Positions 49,783-58,684 of a stretch of 64,000 nt of DNA are shown one piece after another. Under the pieces are notes generated by a model that saw only the letters and a program-made list of their open reading frames with translations, had not been told where the DNA came from and searched no databases. Source of the DNA: a virus (taxonomy: Duplodnaviria > Caudoviricetes); the IMG/VR virus record IMGVR_UViG_2912838376_000002, positions 1-64,000 of that record; one strand, written 5' to 3'. Position numbers and translations under genes: made by a program. Numbering within the stretch: position 1 is the stretch's first letter; every line of letters begins with the position of its first letter.

Positions 49783-50880
49783 ATGAGACTTGAACGCCAA
49801 AAGGATAGTGAGAAGCTAGAAAAACTACGTCCTTCGTTTCCTTACTATATTTCTGAATACATACAAGTGAGCTTAGATCAACTCACGCCTACAACAGTTC
49901 TCTCATATACAATAGATATCCAAGACTTTTTAGAATGGTTTTGGCATACTTTCGTACCGGAAAAACCGGGAATAAAAGAAATCTCCCTAGAAGACCTAGA
50001 GAGATTAATTGAGATTGATATATCTCATTACCGTTCGCACTTAAAGTATCGTGAGGATTCTCATAACAAAGGTAATAGATATTACAAAACAAAAAATAAG
50101 GACACCACAATCAGCAGAAAGATTAGTGCCCTTAGAAGTTTATTTGATTATTTAACTAAGAATACAAACCGTGAGACAGGAAGACCCTATCTTAGTAAGA
50201 ACGTACTTGAGAACACAAAAGTATTCTCCACGAAAGTTTCTGTTAGAGCTAAGGCTCAGAAACTAAAGAATAGTATTATAAGACTTGAAGAACTGACTGA
50301 GTTCCAAGACTTTATCCTAGAGGGATATGGTAAAGAACAATTAAGTAACATGGAAAAAGCCTACTGGAAAATTAATCGACATAGAGATGCTGCAATCATA
50401 TCCCTTTTATTAACTAGTGGTATCCGTGTTGGTGAGTTATCTAGTCTTAGACTGAAAGATGTTATCTTTGATTCCCGCAAGTTAGTCGTAGAAAGAAAAC
50501 GTAGTAAGGAAGATGTTGTTTTCTTTTCTAAGCAGACGTTAGAATATATAGTACAGTACCTTGAAGTTAGAGAAAGTCATTATAAAGCAGACGATAAACC
50601 GACTTCTCCTTTATTTGTTACAAAATATGCAGGTAAGATAAATCCTATCAGTAAGAATACTGTTCAAAAAATGATAATGAAATATGCTAAAATCTATGGA
50701 AAGCCCGAACTAACAGCACACATATTGCGTCATAGTTTCGGGACGAATGTATTTAAAAAGACCAAGAACATTCGAGGAGTACAAGAAGCTCTTGGTCATT
50801 CATCAATTAATACGACTCAAATCTATACTCACATGTTCGAAGACGACGAACGTGAATTAATAGATGAAGTGTTTGAGTAA
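49783..50880 (+). CDS. Tyrosine recombinase, XerS-like
   Basis: R (SGIRVGEL), K, HxxR (HILRH), LGH and Y (TQIY) catalytic motifs; ~365 aa with P.YI.EY N-terminus; GAGGTG RBS. Confidence 0.85.
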   Translation: MRLERQKDSEKLEKLRPSFPYYISEYIQVSLDQLTPTTVLSYTIDIQDFLEWFWHTFVPEKPGIKEISLEDLERLIEIDISHYRSHLKYREDSHNKGNRYYKTKNKDTTISRKISALRSLFDYLTKNTNRETGRPYLSKNVLENTKVFSTKVSVRAKAQKLKNSIIRLEELTEFQDFILEGYGKEQLSNMEKAYWKINRHRDAAIISLLLTSGIRVGELSSLRLKDVIFDSRKLVVERKRSKEDVVFFSKQTLEYIVQYLEVRESHYKADDKPTSPLFVTKYAGKINPISKNTVQKMIMKYAKIYGKPELTAHILRHSFGTNVFKKTKNIRGVQEALGHSSINTTQIYTHMFEDDERELIDEVFE

Positions 50881-50884
50881 AACA

Positions 50885-50914
50885 AAAAGGCTAAGGATAA
50901 ATTCCCTAGCCTTT
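50885..50914. terminator. Bidirectional terminator
   Basis: AAAAAGGCTAAGG...CCCTAGCCTTT between convergent genes. Confidence 0.6.
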
Positions 50915-51116
50915 AATTTATGCCCAACATTCTTATTTGTTCAAAACACAAACTATATAAACCTGGGCGCAATACTTCCCCTTCAATTTTAAAGGTTCTG
51001 TAATCAAATCCCCAGTCAATTGTTCCGTGACATTCTACTGTATATACCTGACCAACCTTGAAATGCTTATAGTTTCCAATACACATAGAGCGTACTAAAT
51101 AAGGTTTCTCCATCAC
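50913..51116 (-). CDS. Hypothetical protein
   Basis: 67-aa ORF directly downstream of rtp. Confidence 0.55.
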   Translation of the reverse strand: MMEKPYLVRSMCIGNYKHFKVGQVYTVECHGTIDWGFDYRTFKIEGEVLRPGLYSLCFEQIRMLGIN

Positions 51117-51121
51117 AACCC

Positions 51122-51508
51122 CTAACTAACTGGACCATAATGATCTTTAAGTGCTTTATCAAGCAATCCTTTGCAACGTTCCAGTTCTTTCTTCATTTGT
51201 TGTTTATATCTGTCGTATTCTTTCTTACCGTCATCAGTCAATTGATAAAGAATGATTTCTTGAAAGTCTACTCCCTCTTCCCCTTTTATCTTCTTCTCCC
51301 GTTTTACATATCCATCTCGTGTTAATTCATGTAATGTTTTATATAGTTCTGTATGAGTTGGATTATAGCCTAAAAACTTAAACTCTTCTCTCAAGTCATT
51401 AAGATACTGTGAACCATACCCTTTATTACGATCAATTATTTTATAGATATATAACTTTAAGTATGAACGCTGTTTTAATAAGAACCCTCTATTTTGATAT
51501 TCCTCCAC
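51122..51508 (-). CDS. rtp: Replication terminator protein homologue
   Basis: GFLLKQRSYLKLY...YG...LREEFK.LGY.P.HTE.Y..LHEL..DG...QEIILYQ...ELERCK.L..KAL.D parallels B. subtilis RTP along its length. Confidence 0.9.
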   Translation of the reverse strand: MEEYQNRGFLLKQRSYLKLYIYKIIDRNKGYGSQYLNDLREEFKFLGYNPTHTELYKTLHELTRDGYVKREKKIKGEEGVDFQEIILYQLTDDGKKEYDRYKQQMKKELERCKGLLDKALKDHYGPVS

Positions 51509-51626
51509 CTATAACACCCCTTCTAAATGAAAAAACCATATTCTTATCTTTCAGTAGTTAAATTAATTATACAATTCATAGCAGATTTTGTAAGCTTATT
51601 TGCTACTGACTATGTATTTTAAATAA

Positions 51627-51661
51627 CTATTGAACATTTGGAACATGGTTGGTGATGAACA
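51627..51661 (-). promoter_or_regulatory. Ter-like replication terminator site (right), upstream of rtp
   Basis: Minus strand TGTTCA-TCACCAAC-CATGTTCCAAATGTTCAATAG; 21-mer identical to 25762-25782. Confidence 0.75.
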
Positions 51662-51670
51662 TCTTATTCA

Positions 51671-51817
51671 TTACCTTCTGCTTTCTCTCATTCTGTGACT
51701 ACAGATTTCACATCTATAATCACTAACATGACAAGGGCATTTAGGTTTCTTTCTTTCCCCAATTTCAACGATCACAATGGGCAAAATGGCAATAACTATA
51801 ATAAAAAGGGTCGTCAT
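51671..51817 (-). CDS. 48-aa TM-anchored Cys-rich protein (not in ORF track)
   Basis: MTTLFIIVIAILPIVIVEIGERKKPKCPCHVSDYRCEICSHRMRESRR; GAGGTG RBS. Confidence 0.55.
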   Translation of the reverse strand: MTTLFIIVIAILPIVIVEIGERKKPKCPCHVSDYRCEICSHRMRESRR

Positions 51818-51833
51818 ACTATCACCTCGCTTA

Positions 51834-52451
51834 TTAAACAGCGACTAGTTTCTGCTCTCTTAATTTTTTTATGCGTTTCTCTACGCTAATCTTAGTTCTG
51901 TTCATGATTACACCTATTTCTTTTTGAGTCTTCCCCTCTGTGTAAAACAGGTGCCATACTTGAGCATCTTGTTCTGGTGTCCAAGGTCTCGGTCTCTTCA
52001 ACCATTTCTGGTAATCTTCTTTCCTACGCTCTTCTAGCCATTCCGGTTCAGGTGTTAAAGCGTATTTAGGTAGTTGATACCAATTGATTAGATCTTTGTT
52101 TTCTGTTGCCCACTTCCAAAACTTATCTATATCGATGTAAGTAAGAAGACGTTTCACTCCGTCCTCTTTCTTTATACGAAAATCTCTTTGTACTGTAGGC
52201 AAGCCATGATTTTTAGCAAATTTTTTCACCGTCTTGCTACATACACATAAGCATTTTGCTAACTCATGTACAGTTATTAATCCACTTGCTAACTTTGTAT
52301 TTCCAATACCTAATTTGTCCGCCTTAGATTTAACAGCCGTAGGAGTTTTGCCTAACTTTTTGGCAATCCTATCATACGAATATACTCCAATACTGTTCTC
52401 TAAGAATTCAATATCCTTTTCCGTCCATCCGTTACTATATTGATTAGCCAT
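51834..52451 (-). CDS. Multi-HTH DNA-binding protein
   Basis: WTEKDIEFL..IAKKLGKT..AV and WTPEQD..IGVIMNRT..SV repeats plus a central HTH. Confidence 0.7.
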   Translation of the reverse strand: MANQYSNGWTEKDIEFLENSIGVYSYDRIAKKLGKTPTAVKSKADKLGIGNTKLASGLITVHELAKCLCVCSKTVKKFAKNHGLPTVQRDFRIKKEDGVKRLLTYIDIDKFWKWATENKDLINWYQLPKYALTPEPEWLEERRKEDYQKWLKRPRPWTPEQDAQVWHLFYTEGKTQKEIGVIMNRTKISVEKRIKKLREQKLVAV

Positions 52452-52584
52452 AAAGTAGACTCACCTTTCTCGTAGATTATTTCTCATGATGTATAGTAAT
52501 TCTGAGATAACATAAGCTATTCAGAAAAAAATTCAAGAAGTAAATTTTAACAATAAAAAAGAGAGCCGAAGCTCTCCCTTTTTC

Positions 52585-53481
52585 TTAACTAGTTTTCATT
52601 AATTCATGAATACTTACTAGTCCATTACCGAACATGTCATCGGCACCTTTTTGTCCAAGATCTACCGAATGCTCACGAATTAATTGCATGATTTGATCAG
52701 GAGTTAACTTTTTACCAATGTCACGATAGCGAGCTAGAATAAGAGCAATTACTCCTGCAACCATTGGAGTAGCCATAGACGTACCAGATAGTCTCGCATA
52801 GCGACCTACAGGGTATGTACTATAAATGTCTACACCTGGAGCAACTACATCTGTTTCACTACCGAAGTTAGAGAAGCTAGCTCTATCAATATTTTGATTG
52901 ATAGCTCCAACCGCAATTACTTCATCGTATGATGCTGGCCATCCAACATGAGTATTCTCATTACCAGTAGCAGCAACAATGATAATACCTGCTTCATGGG
53001 CACGTTTAATTGCATTGTGTAGAACAGGACCAGGATCAGCTGAAGAACCTAGACTCATAGAAATGACATCTACTTCTTCAGAGATAGCCCAATCAATTCC
53101 TTTTACAATTGCTTCAATCGAGCCAGAACCATCATCCCCTAATACTTTAGCGATGTATAATTCAGCTCTAGGAGCAACCCCAACAATACCAATTGAGTTA
53201 TCGCAACCTGCAATGATACCTGCACAGTGCGTACCGTGTCCCTGTCTATCCATTATGTCAGTAAAGTTAGACGTAGTAAAGTTCATTCCTTTTTTGTAAT
53301 TAGCAGCAAGATCCGGATGAGTAGCATCGATACCTGTATCTAATACAGCAACCTTAATGCCCTCTCCTTTTGTTACTGACCACATTTCAGGAGCCTGAAC
53401 AACATTAACACCCCAGTCAACTGTTTGAATAGGTGGCACTGATTGAATCTCAATTACATTAGATTGGATTTTAAATTCCAT
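52585..53481 (-). CDS. Subtilisin-like S8 serine protease with no signal peptide
   Basis: DTG, HGTH and GTSMATP triad; GGAGG RBS before MEFK. Confidence 0.92.
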   Translation of the reverse strand: MEFKIQSNVIEIQSVPPIQTVDWGVNVVQAPEMWSVTKGEGIKVAVLDTGIDATHPDLAANYKKGMNFTTSNFTDIMDRQGHGTHCAGIIAGCDNSIGIVGVAPRAELYIAKVLGDDGSGSIEAIVKGIDWAISEEVDVISMSLGSSADPGPVLHNAIKRAHEAGIIIVAATGNENTHVGWPASYDEVIAVGAINQNIDRASFSNFGSETDVVAPGVDIYSTYPVGRYARLSGTSMATPMVAGVIALILARYRDIGKKLTPDQIMQLIREHSVDLGQKGADDMFGNGLVSIHELMKTS

Positions 53482-53616
53482 TGGAAGACCTCCTATAATC
53501 ATAATCGGTACTAAAAGTAACCATTTGATTTAGAAGGCTCAATGAATAAGTGTATCGTCTCCCAACCACTTCACTACAAAATAAAAAGACGAGAACTAAG
53601 TCTCGTCTTGCATTGT

Positions 53617-53715
53617 TTATTTGAAGATAGCAAAAATGATTTCGAAGAACCCTTCAAAGATAGCCCCTAGAAATTCAAAAAATACGGACCATCTTTTTGT
53701 TCTACGTCTAGACAT
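53617..53715 (-). CDS. 32-aa amphipathic peptide coupled to the NupC gene (not in ORF track)
   Basis: MSRRRTKRWSVFFEFLGAIFEGFFEIIFAIFK; TAATG overlap; terminator follows. Confidence 0.5.
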   Translation of the reverse strand: MSRRRTKRWSVFFEFLGAIFEGFFEIIFAIFK

Positions 53716-54899
53716 TACACGAATAATCCTACAACCGTTGCAGTTAAGATAGAAGCCATAGTAGCTACGATTAACATCTTAAGTCCAAACTTAGCAACAG
53801 TACCTGCTTTTTCTCCATTGATAGCTTGCATAGAGCCACCGATAATACCAATTGAAGAGAAGTTAGCGAATGATACTAAGAAAGTAGAAACAATCGCTAC
53901 AGTCTTTTCAGATAGGTCAGCAATCATAGGTTTGAATTGAAGCATTGCTACGAATTCATTTGTTGCTAACTTAGTTCCCATGATAGAACCTGCAGTTACA
54001 ATTTCACTTGCTGGAACACCCATAACATATGCGATAGGTGCAAATACATAACCAAGGATTGTAGTAAGATCTACTCCGAAGATACCAGCGAATGCAGCGT
54101 TGATTAATGCGATTAAGGCAATGTATGCAACTAACATAGCAGCAACGATTAAAGCAACCTTACCACCATCAAGAGCACCTACTGAGATAGCTTCAAAGAT
54201 TGATTTTGTTTGAGATACATCTTTGATATTAATCTCTTCATCTTCTTCTTTCTTGATCGGTGCAACAATTGTAGCAATGATTAGAGAAGATAAAGCATTT
54301 AAGATCATAGCAACTAATACATATTTTGCTGGAATCATAGTCATGTATGCGCCCATGATAGCAGCTGATACAGAAGCCATTGCTGATGTACAAACGATAA
54401 ATAATTTGTTGTCATTCATTTTATCTAGGTGTGTTTTAACTGCTAATAATGATTCTGATTGACCGAAGAAAATCGAATTCACAGAGTTAAATGTGACAAC
54501 TTTTGATAATCCAGTAACCTTAGCAAGCGCTCCACCAATACATTTAATTGCTAAAGGAAGCACTTTAATATGAGTTAAGATTGATAATAAAGTTGAAGTA
54601 AAGATAATAATCATAAGAACATTGATGAAGAATACTGTTACGCCCTCTGGAACCAGTCCACCTACGACGAAGTTAACACCTTCAACTCCATATGATAATA
54701 CTTTATTTACACCGTTAGAAACAGCTTCTACTACTTTTAAACCTGCAGTAGTTTTGAACATAACTAGCGTTACAATTACTTGTAATACAAGTAAAACTAG
54801 AATTGCTCTGTAATTGATGTTCTTCTTGTCGTTTGACATTAGGAAGGCAACACCAAATGTAAGAACAATACCTAAAAGACCTATTAAAATACCTGTCAT
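53715..54899 (-). CDS. nupC: CNT-family nucleoside transporter
   Basis: FFGQSE, MASVS, KLATNEFVAM and SFANFSSIGI motifs. Confidence 0.9.
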   Translation of the reverse strand: MTGILIGLLGIVLTFGVAFLMSNDKKNINYRAILVLLVLQVIVTLVMFKTTAGLKVVEAVSNGVNKVLSYGVEGVNFVVGGLVPEGVTVFFINVLMIIIFTSTLLSILTHIKVLPLAIKCIGGALAKVTGLSKVVTFNSVNSIFFGQSESLLAVKTHLDKMNDNKLFIVCTSAMASVSAAIMGAYMTMIPAKYVLVAMILNALSSLIIATIVAPIKKEEDEEINIKDVSQTKSIFEAISVGALDGGKVALIVAAMLVAYIALIALINAAFAGIFGVDLTTILGYVFAPIAYVMGVPASEIVTAGSIMGTKLATNEFVAMLQFKPMIADLSEKTVAIVSTFLVSFANFSSIGIIGGSMQAINGEKAGTVAKFGLKMLIVATMASILTATVVGLFV

Positions 54900-54984
54900 T
54901 GTAAAACTCCTTCTTGTTTGTTTTTTATTCGAAACAAAACATAAGCAGTTGACCTATTAAAAGTCAACTGCTTGAATGGACGTT

Positions 54985-55506
54985 TCATCTAGCCTTCATA
55001 TAGCTATACCGTTTCACTTTTTTTAACGGCATTAATTGTTCACAAGTAAGGTACTCATGAGGGAAAATATCTCCACCTTGATTTGGGAATAGGTCAATCC
55101 CCGCTTCTTTTAGGATTTCATCTACTAGTTCCGTACAAACAAACTTGTTCTTGTTATCAAATTTGTCTATTAGTTTACTATTCGGAAATTTCGATTTCAG
55201 ATATAGAGAAATCAATCGAAGCCAATCATAGCGAAAACCTTTTCTCTGATATGTAACTGCTGAAGAAATAATAGCATCTCGTTGTTCTTTCGTTAATTCA
55301 TCCTTATTTCTTAGCACTACACAATCTAAATCACTAGTAGAATACTTCTCTCTTACGATAGTAGATTTTGTATTCCAGTCTATCTCTATGATATACCCTC
55401 CACCCACGTATAAAGCTACATGAGTCCATTTAGAACCTGCTACCTTTTGAATTACCTTTGAGATAAAAGACTTTCCACTTACAACAATAATATCTCCAAC
55501 AATCAT
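54985..55506 (-). CDS. Permuted papain-like amidase (YiiX/YebB-like)
   Basis: GDII...WTHVALYVG...YD...FVCTELV (His precedes Cys). Confidence 0.8.
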   Translation of the reverse strand: MIVGDIIVVSGKSFISKVIQKVAGSKWTHVALYVGGGYIIEIDWNTKSTIVREKYSTSDLDCVVLRNKDELTKEQRDAIISSAVTYQRKGFRYDWLRLISLYLKSKFPNSKLIDKFDNKNKFVCTELVDEILKEAGIDLFPNQGGDIFPHEYLTCEQLMPLKKVKRYSYMKAR

Positions 55507-55532
55507 ATTGCTAACCACCTTTCCAGTTTAAA

Positions 55533-55635
55533 TAAAAAAGAGGGGCCTCTAATTAGAGACCCCCAAGAAGAGAGAAGTAAGAAGGAGAAAATAACATAAC
55601 AAACACATAAGAGGATACATATCGTATGATGAACG
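55533..55635 (-). ncRNA. Candidate ~100-nt sRNA with GU-rich and anti-SD tracts
   Basis: TATAAT on minus at 55640-55645; UGUGUUUGUUAUGUU and UCUCCUUCUU tracts; terminator GGGGGUCUCU-AAUU-AGAGGCCCCUC-UUUUUU. Confidence 0.4.
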
Positions 55636-55713
55636 CTACATTATATATATAAGCTGTTGCTATATATCTCTCAACCTTCTAAACTACTATCTCTCGACTG
55701 GATAACGATGGTT

Positions 55714-56439
55714 TTATTTCAATCTATTGTCTATCTCTACTAAAGTTTCAGTAATGTTATCGTAAATGCGAACCGAAGCCATATGGTCATACGGTGTATC
55801 GCTTTTGGTGATGATCATCACTGGAGCCTTACCAGGGTAAACACTTTCCACAAGTGAATTAAACGGAAACACTTGTAGTGATGTGCCAAGTACAATCACT
55901 AAGTCAGTCTTTGTCATTTGTTCATTTGCTTGATGCCATGCGAGAGGAGGAAGTGTTTCACCAAACAATATAACTTCCGGACGAACAATCCCTGTACATT
56001 CCCACTCTAAACCACAATTATCCTTACCTTCTTTTGTATACATCGAGTTATCGTATTCCTTTGAGCAAGTATCACAAACAAGATTCCGAAGATGGCCATG
56101 CATTTCAATTACATTTTTACTACCTGCATCTTTATGATAGCTGTCAATGTTCTGAGTAATAACAGCCTTAACCTTCCCCTGCTCTTCCCATTTTGCTAGT
56201 ATTTCATGTGCCTTATTGGGTTTGCAATTTGAAATATCATTGATACGATCTGCAAAGAATTTGACGAACTCAGGTTTACCAACGGCTGAGAAATGAGATA
56301 TCTCTTCTGGTTTCTTTCCATCCCACAACCCACCATTGGACCTATAATCAGGAAGGCCGCTATCCGTTGAGATACCAGCCCCTGTTAATACGACAATATG
56401 ATTTGATTTCTTAATAAGTTCTGCTGCTTTATCTAACAT
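55714..56439 (-). CDS. Sir2/CobB-type NAD-dependent deacylase
   Basis: GAGISTDSG.PDYR, TQNID, HG, CxxC...CxxxxC, RP.V..FGE and GTSLQV. Confidence 0.92.
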   Translation of the reverse strand: MLDKAAELIKKSNHIVVLTGAGISTDSGLPDYRSNGGLWDGKKPEEISHFSAVGKPEFVKFFADRINDISNCKPNKAHEILAKWEEQGKVKAVITQNIDSYHKDAGSKNVIEMHGHLRNLVCDTCSKEYDNSMYTKEGKDNCGLEWECTGIVRPEVILFGETLPPLAWHQANEQMTKTDLVIVLGTSLQVFPFNSLVESVYPGKAPVMIITKSDTPYDHMASVRIYDNITETLVEIDNRLK

Positions 56440-56458
56440 GATAACAACCTACCTTTTA

Positions 56459-57550
56459 TTAATTAGCTGCTTGTAACAACTGTTCTTTCCAAGAGTTTTG
56501 CCCAGTACCTACCGAAGTAGCACTAAATGCTGAAGAAACACCAATAGAATCTTCTATCTTCATTAAGCTAGTTTCCATATCAAATTCAAAGCCACCTGCT
56601 TTTGGATGACCGCCGCCACCCGCAACAGCTTTAGCTATTTCACCAACATGAACATTGTCATGAATTGTACGTAAACTTGCTTTACCACCATTTAAATCAA
56701 GGATCACAATAAAATCTAGATGAGGGTTTTCTTTGCTAAGAGTATTCCCTAATGTTGAGTGATACTGGTCACCAAACACCACCCCAGCCTCATAGCTCTT
56801 ATCCCCTACAGACCATGTGCGAACAATCATTGTCTTAGAACGAGATTCAATGTACTTCTCCTCTTTTTTGTTTTCAACATCAATAAAGAGCTTTTCAGTT
56901 TCATTGAATGAATACTGAACCACTGATGGATCGTTTACATGTTCAGCAATCTTTGCAAATTGCATATGCATGAATTTACTTGGACCAAATGTATAAAGAA
57001 GAGAGTTTAACTCTTTTGCTTCTACATTACCTGTAGTATTCCAATCCCACGTGTCATAAGCACGAACTTGTTCAACAAAGCTAGAGAAGTACTGAGAGTT
57101 TAATACATTATCATCAAACATCTCATTTTCTTTTAGATAAAGATAAAGTAATTCAGTTGCACAAGTTTTTCGTCCATCAAGTTCACTTTCGATAAAAGCC
57201 CAATTTGGATACTTTTCGCTAATCCATTTAGCTGTATCGTGGTGATCAAGAAGAACAAGAGTAAGACCGCGTTCGAATAATTTATTTAAGCGGTCTACTA
57301 ACTCTTCTGACTTTGGAGCGATATCTGTAATTAAGATTGCGTGCCCTTCTAGGGCTTTAGCTGTCTCAAAGAAAGTAATCGTGTCTTCTAGTTTTTCCTC
57401 GAAGTTAGTATATCCGCAATGAATATATTCAGCTGTGTTTAGTTTAGAGATTTTTGATACGACTTGCGGAGCGTATCCATCCATATCATTATGTGACAAA
57501 TGATGAACTACTTTATCTGTTAATGATGGTAAGTTAGTAAAGATAGTCAT
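56459..57550 (-). CDS. DHH/DHHA1 phosphoesterase (NrnB-like)
   Basis: SHNDMDG, ITD, LDHH and GGGHPKAGG. Confidence 0.88.
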   Translation of the reverse strand: MTIFTNLPSLTDKVVHHLSHNDMDGYAPQVVSKISKLNTAEYIHCGYTNFEEKLEDTITFFETAKALEGHAILITDIAPKSEELVDRLNKLFERGLTLVLLDHHDTAKWISEKYPNWAFIESELDGRKTCATELLYLYLKENEMFDDNVLNSQYFSSFVEQVRAYDTWDWNTTGNVEAKELNSLLYTFGPSKFMHMQFAKIAEHVNDPSVVQYSFNETEKLFIDVENKKEEKYIESRSKTMIVRTWSVGDKSYEAGVVFGDQYHSTLGNTLSKENPHLDFIVILDLNGGKASLRTIHDNVHVGEIAKAVAGGGGHPKAGGFEFDMETSLMKIEDSIGVSSAFSATSVGTGQNSWKEQLLQAAN

Positions 57551-57569
57551 ACCTATTCCTCCCAATTAA

Positions 57570-58319
57570 TTACGCTTCTGCGCGTTTATTTTTCTTAATA
57601 GCATGTACAACGAATGTCATACCGAAAGTAATGATTAATACGCCGAAGAACATCCAATGTGGAATATGGATTTCTTGCATTTGATAAGCACTGTCAGTGA
57701 ATGAAACAACAAAGTTAACCATGTAATGAACAGTACCTAATAACATCTTCAGACCGATAATTGCAATAAGAACGAATGCTGTGTGTTCCATTTCTGGTAC
57801 ACGATTGATTAACTTAATGAATACTCCTGCAACCGAACGCATCATGATGATTCCAAGAACTCCACCTAAAGCTAATACCCAAAACTTGTCGCTTAATGCT
57901 AATGCTGCTGTAATGCTGTCAATTGAGAATGCTAAATCCATGAATTCGATTGATACAACGATTGCCCAAAACTGTGATAAACGAACACCGAACTTACCTA
58001 AGATCTTGTGAAAAATTGTGTTTTCATATTTGTCTACGTTCATTTCTTCTTCGCCTTGAGATTTGAAGTGGCCGATAGCTAAGTGTAATAAGTAAGCTGC
58101 ACCTAAAACTTTAATGATCCAGAACTTAAGAATAATTGTTCCTAATAAAATAAAGATGGCACGAAATGCAACTGCCCCGACCATACCGTAGTACAATGCC
58201 TTCTTCTGTTTTACAGGGTCTTTAATTTTACTTGCCATCATAGATAATACAAGTGCGTTATCTGCACTTAATAAACCTTCCATAAGTACCAAAATAAAAA
58301 CGATATATAAATTTTCCAA
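57570..58319 (-). CDS. terC: TerC-family membrane protein
   Basis: EGLLSADNALVL; DLAFSIDSITAA. Confidence 0.9.
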   Translation of the reverse strand: MENLYIVFILVLMEGLLSADNALVLSMMASKIKDPVKQKKALYYGMVGAVAFRAIFILLGTIILKFWIIKVLGAAYLLHLAIGHFKSQGEEEMNVDKYENTIFHKILGKFGVRLSQFWAIVVSIEFMDLAFSIDSITAALALSDKFWVLALGGVLGIIMMRSVAGVFIKLINRVPEMEHTAFVLIAIIGLKMLLGTVHYMVNFVVSFTDSAYQMQEIHIPHWMFFGVLIITFGMTFVVHAIKKNKRAEA

Positions 58320-58357
58320 TTTAAATTCCTCTTCCCATGTTGTTTTTATGTAATAGA

Positions 58358-58456
58358 TTAACGACGATTCATAATTGCACGTTTGATATCGTCACCTGCG
58401 TAATCCCAAATAAAACATCCTGCAACTGCGCCTAATAAGAAAACGAATAAACTCAT
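58358..58456 (-). CDS. 32-aa single-TM peptide (not in ORF track)
   Basis: MSLFVFLLGAVAGCFIWDYAGDDIKRAIMNRR; ATGA overlap with the upstream gene; GGAGG RBS. Confidence 0.55.
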   Translation of the reverse strand: MSLFVFLLGAVAGCFIWDYAGDDIKRAIMNRR

Positions 58457-58680
58457 TTTTTCTTTCCTCCAAACCATAGAATTGTGATTATAAATCCAAA
58501 AATGCCAAATAAAATATGCTGCCCAAAGGACAACATTGCTGCTCCGACACTAGTATAAGGGCGGAACAATAGCTCCACCCATACTAGTACTTTGCAAACA
58601 AAGAACATGACAACTTCTACTACTAATAGCAGAATCATAAATTTAAAGTTATCTGCGACCTTCTTTGCTTTCTCTCTCAT
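58453..58680 (-). CDS. Two-TM membrane protein
   Basis: Hydrophobic 75-aa ORF in the ter cluster. Confidence 0.6.
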   Translation of the reverse strand: MREKAKKVADNFKFMILLLVVEVVMFFVCKVLVWVELLFRPYTSVGAAMLSFGQHILFGIFGFIITILWFGGKKK

Positions 58681-58684
58681 TTAA

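Noticed and set aside
55714-56439. Sir2 as a defence NADase (ThsA/DSR type)
   Set aside because: It is a stand-alone, Zn-binding, CobB-like deacylase with no defence partner domains
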